A stretch of DNA of 64,000 nucleotides from Promethearchaeia archaeon (GTDB taxonomy: Archaea > Asgardarchaeota > Lokiarchaeia > Sigyniarchaeales > SOKP01): contig JAHQWK010000001.1 of NCBI GenBank assembly GCA_029856145.1, positions 256,001-320,000 on the forward strand, in the 5' to 3' direction. The position numbers and the translations under genes are program-made. The notes beneath the pieces were generated by a model. That model was given only the letters and a program-made list of their open reading frames with translations, was not told where the DNA came from and did no database searches. Position 1 is the stretch's first letter, and each line of letters starts with the position of its first letter. Below are positions 50,963 through 59,495 of the stretch, piece by piece.

Positions 50963-51724
50963 TTGGTGGAAAAAACGTCATATCAAGCTGAAATACCGAG
51001 AATTATAATGGTTTATGTGTTTTTGGGAATTTTAGTACTCTATTTTTCAATAATTACTTATAAAGTTTTAAAGAGAAAAAGGCAACGTTTAAATTTTGTT
51101 ATTAGTGGTTTTTTTGTCAGTATATCCATTGGGTTTATTTTAAATATGGCATATGCAGCCATGACTGATAGAATAACTATTCTAATTCTTAATTTCTTAA
51201 CTAATTACTTCATATTTTTTGGACCAGTCTTTCTACTTATTGTAAATATGATAATATTAGAATCAACTCTTATTTATTCTGTAAAAAGACAAAATAGGTA
51301 TATATTATTTTATGGAATCTTGCTCTTCGCAGGGATGTTAATATTAGTCTTATTAGGAGAAATATTTGATACTCCTAATGTACCATTTTTAGGAGTCCAA
51401 ATAATTAATAACGCACCAAAATGGGGGCCTTTATTTTTTGCCTATGTAGTTTCAATTATGTCTATTTTTACACTTATTCCAATAAATTATACAAATTTTA
51501 AAATCTACTTCCAGTTTGAAACAAAGGCATTGAAAAGAAAGTGGTTTTTCTATTTATTTGGCTTTTTAGGATTAACAGTGATTTTATATTTTAGTATTAT
51601 ATTTAATCTTTTGGATGCTATTATTTATGCTGATGTTAGATTAATAATAACTCTATCAATAAGTAGTGTAATAATCTGGGGTTATATGATGTATTATGGG
51701 ATTGGAATTGAATTAAAGAAGTAA
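50963..51724 (+). CDS. Stand-alone 7TM receptor-like membrane protein, copy 2
   Basis: Seven hydrophobic segments; paralogue of 48753-49520. Confidence 0.75.
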   Translation: MVEKTSYQAEIPRIIMVYVFLGILVLYFSIITYKVLKRKRQRLNFVISGFFVSISIGFILNMAYAAMTDRITILILNFLTNYFIFFGPVFLLIVNMIILESTLIYSVKRQNRYILFYGILLFAGMLILVLLGEIFDTPNVPFLGVQIINNAPKWGPLFFAYVVSIMSIFTLIPINYTNFKIYFQFETKALKRKWFFYLFGFLGLTVILYFSIIFNLLDAIIYADVRLIITLSISSVIIWGYMMYYGIGIELKK

Positions 51725-51799
51725 TGCCTTAACCTTTTTTCTTGAATTTAATAATTCGCGTTATTTTTCAGAATCTTTATTCTGTAACTTATTTTTAAT

Positions 51800-51817
51800 T
51801 TTTTTCACGTGAAAAAA
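51800..51817. promoter_or_regulatory. Perfect 18-bp palindrome TTTTTTCACGTGAAAAAA upstream of GNAT copy 2
   Basis: Read directly; just upstream of the TATA-like TTTTATAT. Confidence 0.6.
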
Positions 51818-51884
51818 TAGAAAATTTTATATTATGCTCCGAGAAGAATTAATTAACTAGTTAAAAATAGATCGGGATATTAGG

Positions 51885-52982
51885 ATGGCAACCATCATTA
51901 AAAAAGGATTAGATCTTCAAGAAGAGGATGCTTATTTTCAAAAATCTAAATTTAAAAATGGACAGGAATATGGATTAAGGTTTGCTATTCCAAAAGATGC
52001 TACAATTATCTCATCTCTGTTCAAAGAAAGCTATAATTATGAATATCCTTATCCTTATGTTTACGATATCGAACTTTTAAAAAAGGACATTTCAAAACCT
52101 AATAAATTTTGGGTCCTAAGCGATTTATTAGAAAATAAAGTGACTGTTGGCTGTGCCTTAGTCGATAAAGAAAGATACATCGCCCATGCTGGGTGTTTAA
52201 TTGTGAAGAAAGATTTTCGGAGGCAAGGAATTACAAAAAATTTGGCAGCAGCAGGGCTTTTAACAGTTACAAAAATGCCTCAATTTAAAGATGTTTTAAG
52301 ACTTAATGTTGAAGTTCGTGCTCCATTAACTCAAGTTCAAACTTCTGCTCAAAATGCGGGGGCAATACCTTATGGTATAATACCTAGTCACATTAAATTA
52401 ACAGATAACAGATATTTTGATATTAATGATAATAAGCCATGTTCCCCCCAAAATGAAGAATTCAGTACAGTACTTTATTCAATGATTTTTAGAAACCTAT
52501 GGAAGAAAAGAGACAAAAATGTGTTTCTATTAGATAATGAAGATTTAATCTTCTTATATGAATATATTAGAAGTCAAGCTAAAAAAATGAAAGACGATAC
52601 ATTAATCCTTAAAAACAAGAAAAGGAGTAAAGGATATGAACTTTATGGTGTTTCTAAAGATTATTATTTGGCACATGTGAAATTATTTGGCTATATTAAA
52701 GAAAAATCTCTTAATCATTTATTAAATACTTATAGGAATTGGCGAATGATCCTATGGAAAGTTCCGACTACTGAAAATGGAATATCTTCGATGTCTATAG
52801 CCTTAAAAAAAGGATTTAAAGTGGTGGGTTATGATATTGGGTTTAATAACATAAATTGGACCTTATTTGATTCAATTATACTAGCATACTATCCTAATGG
52901 AAATTACGTGTTGTCAGATATAAATTGTTCAGATACAATAAAACCTCTTTTTAACAGGATAAAGAAACAATTTAAGACTTAG
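51885..52982 (+). CDS. GNAT-fold acyltransferase-like protein, copy 2
   Basis: Motif A VKKDFRRQGITKNL; shares VGYDIGFNNINWTLFDS.ILAYYPNG with copy 1. Confidence 0.72.
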   Translation: MATIIKKGLDLQEEDAYFQKSKFKNGQEYGLRFAIPKDATIISSLFKESYNYEYPYPYVYDIELLKKDISKPNKFWVLSDLLENKVTVGCALVDKERYIAHAGCLIVKKDFRRQGITKNLAAAGLLTVTKMPQFKDVLRLNVEVRAPLTQVQTSAQNAGAIPYGIIPSHIKLTDNRYFDINDNKPCSPQNEEFSTVLYSMIFRNLWKKRDKNVFLLDNEDLIFLYEYIRSQAKKMKDDTLILKNKKRSKGYELYGVSKDYYLAHVKLFGYIKEKSLNHLLNTYRNWRMILWKVPTTENGISSMSIALKKGFKVVGYDIGFNNINWTLFDSIILAYYPNGNYVLSDINCSDTIKPLFNRIKKQFKT

Positions 52983-53087
52983 ATTTAACAATTACCAACT
53001 GTTAATTAAAATTCTCAAATGAACTTATTAAAAAATTATCAAAAAGTACTGAAAAATAGCTGATCTCGTTAAATTTTCATTCTTTAA

Positions 53088-53543
53088 TCATGATAATAGC
53101 GAAATCACTTTTTCTTCAAAAGTTTGAGTACCTGTTCCAAAAATTTTAGTGAGGGATTGTTTAAAAGGTTCAAATTGGCCAACTTTCGTAAGATTAGAGC
53201 CATCAAAATGAGAAATAAATCTTTTTAAAAACTTTTCCAATAAGGGTAAAATTGATTTTTTTAAATACTTCTCAAGTCTATAATCTTTATCCAAAACTAT
53301 GAAAGCAACAATTTCCTGAACATCTCTAAATAAATCTTTTATTGTACCTTTCTTAAAAATTATTGAATATTTATCACTTTCAAAATATTCTACTGGTTCC
53401 ATCAAACATTCGGCAAAACTCAAGAGCCCACTCATTAATCCACTTGAACAAACTAAATTAGTTTGACTTTTACTAGCTCTATGATAGCTGATGAATATAA
53501 TGGGAATTCCATGGAAGATTATACCGGCTTCTCGAATCAACAT
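53088..53543 (-). CDS. Stand-alone longin-like domain protein
   Basis: Pattern consistent with beta-beta-alpha-beta-beta-beta-alpha-alpha: IREAGIIFHGIPII, SGLMSGLLSFA, VEYFE..SIIF..AFIVLD, LLEKFLKRF, QFEPFKQSLTKIF. Confidence 0.7.
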   Translation of the reverse strand: MLIREAGIIFHGIPIIFISYHRASKSQTNLVCSSGLMSGLLSFAECLMEPVEYFESDKYSIIFKKGTIKDLFRDVQEIVAFIVLDKDYRLEKYLKKSILPLLEKFLKRFISHFDGSNLTKVGQFEPFKQSLTKIFGTGTQTFEEKVISLLS

Positions 53544-53584
53544 AATGAATTCTGAAGTAAATTAAACCAAATCGCTGTTACGGA

Positions 53585-53600
53585 TATTCTTATAAGAATA
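53585..53600. promoter_or_regulatory. Perfect 16-bp palindrome TATTCTTATAAGAATA over a TATA-like box upstream of the longin gene
   Basis: Read directly; ~40 nt upstream of ATG at 53543. Confidence 0.4.
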
Positions 53601-53811
53601 CTCCTAATATTCGACAAAATTCTCATATATAAATATAAGTCTTTTCGAACATATTTCGTCGCGATAGTACAATATTAATGCTAAACAGAAAATACGTCGA
53701 ATAAAAAAATTCTCTCAATAAAATATCTCTGAAAAGAATTTTATAGGATTTTAAAAAAAATTTTGTTTCAAATTATACTAAAATAGGGTTTTATTGCAAC
53801 TAATAGCACAT

Positions 53812-54942
53812 TTATGTTGAAAAAATCTCATCAATGATATTTTTAACTGGGTAAAATACAGTTAAATCTCCATTCCAATTAATCAAAATGTTATTATATA
53901 TTTCTTCAACCTTCAGAACTAATCTTTTTAGATTATATGTAAAATATTTCAATTCCTCTTTACTAATTAAAATTCCTGTAATATAATTGGCAGAAAAAAC
54001 ATTTACTATTTTTCTTTTTTTCTTTATAACAGAAATTTCATTAGGTTTGCCATGAATCAATTCATTAAGCATGATATTCATAGAAGCTAAAGCTCCAGAT
54101 ATAAATTGCTTTTCTAAAATTTCAGTATTCTCCATAAAGGAATAATTATATAAACAAATTCCATTTTTATTCAAGATATATATACTTTCAATTTTATCTT
54201 GCCAGTCATATTCAAAGAATGAAGGAATTTTTCTAAAAAAAATGAAGATAAAGCCAATAGCTATTAGTTGGAGGAGGATTCCTATAAATCGAACTAAAAG
54301 GTTTAAATTTTCAAGAAGTAGATCCATCGAAAGAATATATCCCACTAATATAAGTAGGATTGTAAGTGTCATTTTTAGGGCTCCCTTAGGGAGTATATTT
54401 TGTTTTTTCGATTTTTTACCAAAATCTATAACATAAATTATAAAAAACAAAATAAATAAAGGAAAAGACAGAAATGAAAGCACATTAATGATTTCTAAAT
54501 TAATGAAGAATATGACTATAAAAATTAATAATTGAATTAAAAAACAAGTGGTAAAAAAAAATCTTTTGAATAAGAATTTTTTATATTTTTCCATGAATAA
54601 CGTAAAAAATAAGGTACTTAACATTATTGATAGAAATCCAAAATTTAATAAAAGACTTCTAAAACTCCCAATGGTCCATAGAAAAAAAGGAGAAATGATA
54701 AGATCACTAGAGTAGTAGTCACCTAATAAAAAGAAGAACCTCATTAATGAAAATCCGCTAAATAATGCGAAAAATCCTAAATCTTGAGAATTTTTAAGTG
54801 GCTTTGGCTGTTTTTTATATTTGATTAAAAATAGTAGACCTAATTCAAAAGATAAGAATATGAAAATCCAATCCATTACTAAGGATAAAAATCTATGTGG
54901 ACCAATAATAGGAAATTCTGTAAATAAAATATTAATCATCAT
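53812..54942 (-). CDS. 7TM + C-terminal longin fusion protein B
   Basis: Seven TM, linker PSFFEYDW, then IESIYILNKNGICLYNYSF..FISGAL..WNGDLTVFYPVKNIIDEIF. Confidence 0.78.
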   Translation of the reverse strand: MMINILFTEFPIIGPHRFLSLVMDWIFIFLSFELGLLFLIKYKKQPKPLKNSQDLGFFALFSGFSLMRFFFLLGDYYSSDLIISPFFLWTIGSFRSLLLNFGFLSIMLSTLFFTLFMEKYKKFLFKRFFFTTCFLIQLLIFIVIFFINLEIINVLSFLSFPLFILFFIIYVIDFGKKSKKQNILPKGALKMTLTILLILVGYILSMDLLLENLNLLVRFIGILLQLIAIGFIFIFFRKIPSFFEYDWQDKIESIYILNKNGICLYNYSFMENTEILEKQFISGALASMNIMLNELIHGKPNEISVIKKKRKIVNVFSANYITGILISKEELKYFTYNLKRLVLKVEEIYNNILINWNGDLTVFYPVKNIIDEIFST

Positions 54943-54945
54943 CCA

Positions 54946-56091
54946 TTATTGTAAAATTCTATTAATAATAACTTCAAAACTCGAAAATAATTTTCCTTGA
55001 TCGCCCTTTAAATCCTCCAAATCTAATAAAATCTCTTTAAAAAAAGACTCAAATTTAATTCTTATAGATTTTAGAAGATGATGAGTACTACTTAAATCCC
55101 TTTTTACAACTAAAATATATGTTATATGAGAAGGATTCAATCCATATTCTAAGAACATATGAAAATCTCCTTTCTTTATTTTATTTATTTTTTCTTTTAT
55201 GGTACCTGTGATAATTGTAATAATACTTTCGATTCCCATTATTCCTTTAGAAAACAGTATCTCATTATTATATAAATGATTTTGACTTATTTTACTATTA
55301 TTTTCAAGTTTTTCAATAAAATTATAACTATAAATGCAACTTTTGTTGTGTTGATTAATTATAAATAATTTTAAGAGGTTGTTTCTCCATTCAAATTCAT
55401 AAAATGGAGGAAAGTCATAAACAGAAAAGAAGATAATAATGAAACCCGTCAATAATTCACCTACTCCTGTGAAATATATTATTTCATTAATAACTGGAGG
55501 TAAAACACCCAAACCAACCAATGAAGCAAAAACTAATGCAAATAAACTTACAATTGCTCCAATGAGAAATAATTTAAACTTTTTCCTGATACTACCTATT
55601 GATTTTTTAATCAAAATTAATTGAAATCTGATTATATATAATCCATTTAAAACAACAAATAAGATGCTTAAAATAAAAATTGGTGAACCTAGGTAAGGTA
55701 CTAATAAAATCATAACAATAGGTATGATATTAAAGATCATCAAGATTTTAGCAATATTTAGATTTATTATAATTGAAAAATCCTTTCTAATTATGAAAAT
55801 GGAGACGCTAAAAGTAGAAAAAAAAGCAAAAAACCAACCCATTCTTGAAAAGAGTTCATATAAAATTCTATCTTCAATGAAATTCCTTGATATTTGTATT
55901 AGTAATGGACCTAAAATTATGAACAAAACAAATGACCCAAATGCTAGTAATACTCTATTTAAGGGAAGAGTTATATCTTGAATTTTGCGATATTGGAAAA
56001 AAAAGTATAAGGCTAATTGAATACCTATAATTACCGGTACCAGATAAGCCAGAAATTGCAGTTCTTTACTAATTTCAATTTGAGAAAGCAT
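54946..56091 (-). CDS. 7TM + C-terminal longin fusion protein A
   Basis: Seven TM, linker PPFYEFEW, then LLKLFIINQHNKSCIYSYNF..LFSKGIMGIESII..KFESFF..LFSSFEVIINRIL; stop is 3 nt from the ATG of B. Confidence 0.78.
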   Translation of the reverse strand: MLSQIEISKELQFLAYLVPVIIGIQLALYFFFQYRKIQDITLPLNRVLLAFGSFVLFIILGPLLIQISRNFIEDRILYELFSRMGWFFAFFSTFSVSIFIIRKDFSIIINLNIAKILMIFNIIPIVMILLVPYLGSPIFILSILFVVLNGLYIIRFQLILIKKSIGSIRKKFKLFLIGAIVSLFALVFASLVGLGVLPPVINEIIYFTGVGELLTGFIIIFFSVYDFPPFYEFEWRNNLLKLFIINQHNKSCIYSYNFIEKLENNSKISQNHLYNNEILFSKGIMGIESIITIITGTIKEKINKIKKGDFHMFLEYGLNPSHITYILVVKRDLSSTHHLLKSIRIKFESFFKEILLDLEDLKGDQGKLFSSFEVIINRILQ

Positions 56092-56220
56092 TTTTTATAT
56101 TTACGTAAAAAAATTAAACTGAATTTGAATTTTTTAATATTATTTTCCTGAAAGCACTATAAATATTATTCTCTTTTTCTTAAATTCAATAATTAATATT
56201 TAAACAGAGTATTTAACCAT

Positions 56221-56754
56221 TTATATTAATTGAAAATCTTTTAAAATTCTTTTCAATAAAGATTCGAATATATCTTCCACGTTTTCCCCTGTTTTGGATG
56301 AACATTCTATATAATCAAAGAAATTATATTGATGTCTTATTTTTTCTGCTTCCTTCTTTGAAACTGCTATTTGATCCTTAAGATCTAACTTACCTCCAAC
56401 CAGTATGATTGGAGGATTTTGTTTTCCAGGAGATAAACCCTTTTTAAAAGTATCCAACCATTCTTTAACTCTAATTAATGTTCCATATCTAGTAAGATCA
56501 AACATAAAGATGCCACCAGAAGATCCCCTTGAGTATAATGGTAGTAAAAAATGAAACTCTTTTTCACCACCAAAATCCCACACTTGCAATACTATTCTTT
56601 TATCTTCAATTTTTAGAAATTTTATAAAAATTTCTGCTCCCATTGTAAGCTTAATGTCTTCATCAAAATACCCTTTAAGAAATCGCTGAGCTAATGTAGT
56701 TTTTCCTACACCACTTTCTCCAAAAATGCAAATTTTGTAAGCTAATTCTCCAAT
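56221..56754 (-). CDS. Rab-like small GTPase (extended to probable ATT start)
   Basis: In-frame upstream extension gives YKICIFGESGVGKTT (G1) and KLTMG (G2); WDFGGE (G3), GGKLD (G4), CSSK (G5); no ATG/GTG/TTG before G1; no C-terminal Cys. Confidence 0.9.
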   Translation of the reverse strand: MGELAYKICIFGESGVGKTTLAQRFLKGYFDEDIKLTMGAEIFIKFLKIEDKRIVLQVWDFGGEKEFHFLLPLYSRGSSGGIFMFDLTRYGTLIRVKEWLDTFKKGLSPGKQNPPIILVGGKLDLKDQIAVSKKEAEKIRHQYNFFDYIECSSKTGENVEDIFESLLKRILKDFQLI

Positions 56755-57021
56755 AATAGGCTCCCTCTTTTCTACATTTTATGATTAATAACTATCTGAA
56801 TTCGATTCTTTTAGAAATCGAAAACCTCAACCGAATTTATATTATTAAAGAGAAAAATGCTTGTTCTATTTGAAAACTCGAAAATAAAGCTAAGGCGAAT
56901 TTTCTTTTCTCTATTGTATTAAATAAAATCTTAAATATTTAAATCTATTTTAAAACCTTCTGATAAATCGAGAATTAGTTTTCCAAAATTGTTAAAATTA
57001 AAAAAAATTTTAAAAAAAAAT

Positions 57022-58458
57022 TTACTTCCTCTTTCGCTTAGGTTCAATTTTTTTAATAATTATTGATTCTGCATGGACTTTGCAATTCTTCAAAATTATT
57101 TTGAAGCCACCCGCTCCACCAACACCAGGGATAGTCATTCCTACAGTTCCCATTGGAACCATCGCACCTTCTTCTTCCCATTCCTCTTCCTCTTCTACGC
57201 CACCAGCAGCAGCTTTATATTCTTCAGTTTCTATAATTGGGTGGCCAACTTTTTCTAACCATGCCGGTAATTCACTTAGATCTGAAACCTCATCTTCAGT
57301 TGCAATTTTATCTCTTAGATCTTCTGGAAGGAATTCATAAACTCTATCTTTAACGGTTTTACCCATCCATACGATAGTGTAAATCCCTGCCTCCAATCCT
57401 GATTTTATACCATCATATTTTTGGTATTTAGGTGATATAATATATTGTATGCTTATGCCATTAAATCCTGGCATTTGTTTACCTCCACCCGTCTGATTTG
57501 CCATCGCACTAAAAGGTAGCCCATTGATAGCAACTCCATCGTGATTTCGATCGATTATTCCATGACCTGCTCCTGTCTCAGGAATAAAGAAATCTATTGC
57601 TTCAAAGCAGCCGCAACTAGTATGAGGGAACACCATTCCGCTGTAGAGATAAATTCTATCTATGTCTCCAAGTGAACGCTTTTTTATCATTTCATTAACT
57701 CCTTGGAACTCACCTGCTAATTCGTTTAAACACTCACCCATAGGTACCTCGAACAATGGCCCTTTCGGATCAACACGCGCAGCAGCTCTTGCATCAAACC
57801 ATGAGATAGAACCGCATAAACTCATTCGATTTGGTGTTATACAACATGCATGAGTAGGAGCAAAACTCTGGCATAAAACACAGCCATAAAACATATCTAC
57901 ATCTTCATCGTTTATACTACGAGCTCTTTCGTCTCGTTTATTGTATATTTCTAAGGCAAAATCATAGGTCTCTTTAATTTTATTTGGATCTGTATAGAAT
58001 GTAACTTGGGCTTTTTTAATGATTGGAAGTTCAGCTTTATACAGTCTAATTAAAATAGTTCCAAGCATCTGAAAATTATCAAATCCTTTTTCTACAGCAG
58101 CTTTAGAAATTCGCATCCAATTAGTATATCTTTGGTTCAAATGCATTATTCCATTTACAAAATTGCAAAATTCATGAACTCTACGTTCGAACACGGCCTC
58201 GAGGTCTTCTTCAAGCTCAGGGCCAGCTACTTCTACTAAAATTCCTATAGGGTGTCTTGATCCTACTTCCATGTCTTTTATATCGGGACCGATAAGAGTT
58301 ACTTTTCCATCTTCAATTTCCTTATCTTTTTTAACCCTCACGAGTTCATAATGTTTCTCAACTTTTGGACCACCAAGCTCTACATACATTTGGTTTCCTC
58401 GAATTCTTTCACCTTCATATACTGGTCCAACATCTACAGGCATATCTGCAAAACTCAT
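57022..58458 (-). CDS. cdhC: Acetyl-CoA decarbonylase/synthase beta subunit
   Basis: PVDVGPVYEGERIR, CVLCQSFAPTHAC..LCG, A-cluster PHTSCGCFE. Confidence 0.96.
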   Translation of the reverse strand: MSFADMPVDVGPVYEGERIRGNQMYVELGGPKVEKHYELVRVKKDKEIEDGKVTLIGPDIKDMEVGSRHPIGILVEVAGPELEEDLEAVFERRVHEFCNFVNGIMHLNQRYTNWMRISKAAVEKGFDNFQMLGTILIRLYKAELPIIKKAQVTFYTDPNKIKETYDFALEIYNKRDERARSINDEDVDMFYGCVLCQSFAPTHACCITPNRMSLCGSISWFDARAAARVDPKGPLFEVPMGECLNELAGEFQGVNEMIKKRSLGDIDRIYLYSGMVFPHTSCGCFEAIDFFIPETGAGHGIIDRNHDGVAINGLPFSAMANQTGGGKQMPGFNGISIQYIISPKYQKYDGIKSGLEAGIYTIVWMGKTVKDRVYEFLPEDLRDKIATEDEVSDLSELPAWLEKVGHPIIETEEYKAAAGGVEEEEEWEEEGAMVPMGTVGMTIPGVGGAGGFKIILKNCKVHAESIIIKKIEPKRKRK

Positions 58459-58496
58459 ATTTAATTTCTCCTCTTATTTTTTTTTTCAATAATATT

Positions 58497-59036
58497 TTAT
58501 AATTTTTCAATCAAATTTTCTAAAAATGTTTTCCATTCTTCCTCGTTTAGATTTGGTAAACTAAATCTAGCATTTGGATGAGAATATTTATCTAGATCAA
58601 TTGTTCTTAACCAGTTTGTAAAGTTTTTGAGCCGTGATAATGCTTGAGAAACATAGAAAACTATGTGTCCTCCAAATATAGCCATTGAATATTGTCCTTC
58701 TCCATCTAAACCTGCCCAATCTTTATCAGATAAACGGTTTGTAATATTTATCAAAGACATATCATATAATTTATGATCTGCTATCTTATCTTTTAAATAA
58801 CTGTATGCGTGTCCTGTAGAAACTACATGACAATCAAATTTATTTGCTATTTCTATGAAGTAGTCCGCAACTTTTTTACCATCAAGCTCCCAATTTAAAG
58901 ATTCAGCACCAATAACGAAAACACTCTTCTTAGGAGTTTTAAGTAAATTCACCATCACCATTGGATCTGAAACAGAAGTACCCATCTCAGGGCCTGGGAT
59001 ATTAGCTTTTTGATATGGACGTGCCATTTCACTCAA
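58497..59036 (-). CDS. cdhB: ACDS/CODH epsilon subunit
   Basis: PYQKANIPGP, WAGLDGEGQY, YSHPNARFSLPNL; upstream of cdhC. Confidence 0.9.
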   Translation of the reverse strand: MSEMARPYQKANIPGPEMGTSVSDPMVMVNLLKTPKKSVFVIGAESLNWELDGKKVADYFIEIANKFDCHVVSTGHAYSYLKDKIADHKLYDMSLINITNRLSDKDWAGLDGEGQYSMAIFGGHIVFYVSQALSRLKNFTNWLRTIDLDKYSHPNARFSLPNLNEEEWKTFLENLIEKL

Positions 59037-59180
59037 TTTCCTCTGTTTTTATTTTTAGCTAGAACTTTTAAAATAATTGTTATACTTAGAATTATTAAGG
59101 ACAATTTAAAAAAATTGTTTTTATTAAGTTTAACTTAAAATGAGTTGATTTATGAATTTTACAGAAGTGAAAAAGTAATT

Positions 59181-59480
59181 ATGTGTGAATTTAAAATAAT
59201 AAATGAAACTGATGGTTCTCAAATAGGAGAGGATGTTTTAATATTATTCTATACAGATGATAATGAATTAGTTTTTAAGGATGTATTAGGTATGGGTGAA
59301 AAATTGGAATCTGCGTTAATATTGGATGTAAATACCTTAAACCAAAAGTGTATAGTTCTACAACATCCATTAATTAAAGAATTTATTAGTTTAATAAAAA
59401 ATATCACTAATAATAAAGTAGAATCAGAGCAAATTGAAAATTTTCAGAGGAGCATTGAAAAAATAAAGCAAAACATTTAA
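59181..59480 (+). CDS. cooT: CooT-like nickel chaperone with C-terminal helical extension
   Basis: Starts MCEFKII (Met-Cys), EDV, DVLG, LDVN; divergent from cdhB; ATG at 59181. Confidence 0.75.
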   Translation: MCEFKIINETDGSQIGEDVLILFYTDDNELVFKDVLGMGEKLESALILDVNTLNQKCIVLQHPLIKEFISLIKNITNNKVESEQIENFQRSIEKIKQNI

Positions 59481-59495
59481 AATAAAAAAAAAGAT

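Noticed and set aside
51806-51811. CACGTG as a eukaryotic E-box for a bHLH factor
   Set aside because: The core is changed in the paralogous site and no bHLH gene is visible.
48753-56091. 7TM proteins as rhodopsins or true GPCRs
   Set aside because: No retinal-binding Lys in TM7 and no DRY or NPxxY motifs.
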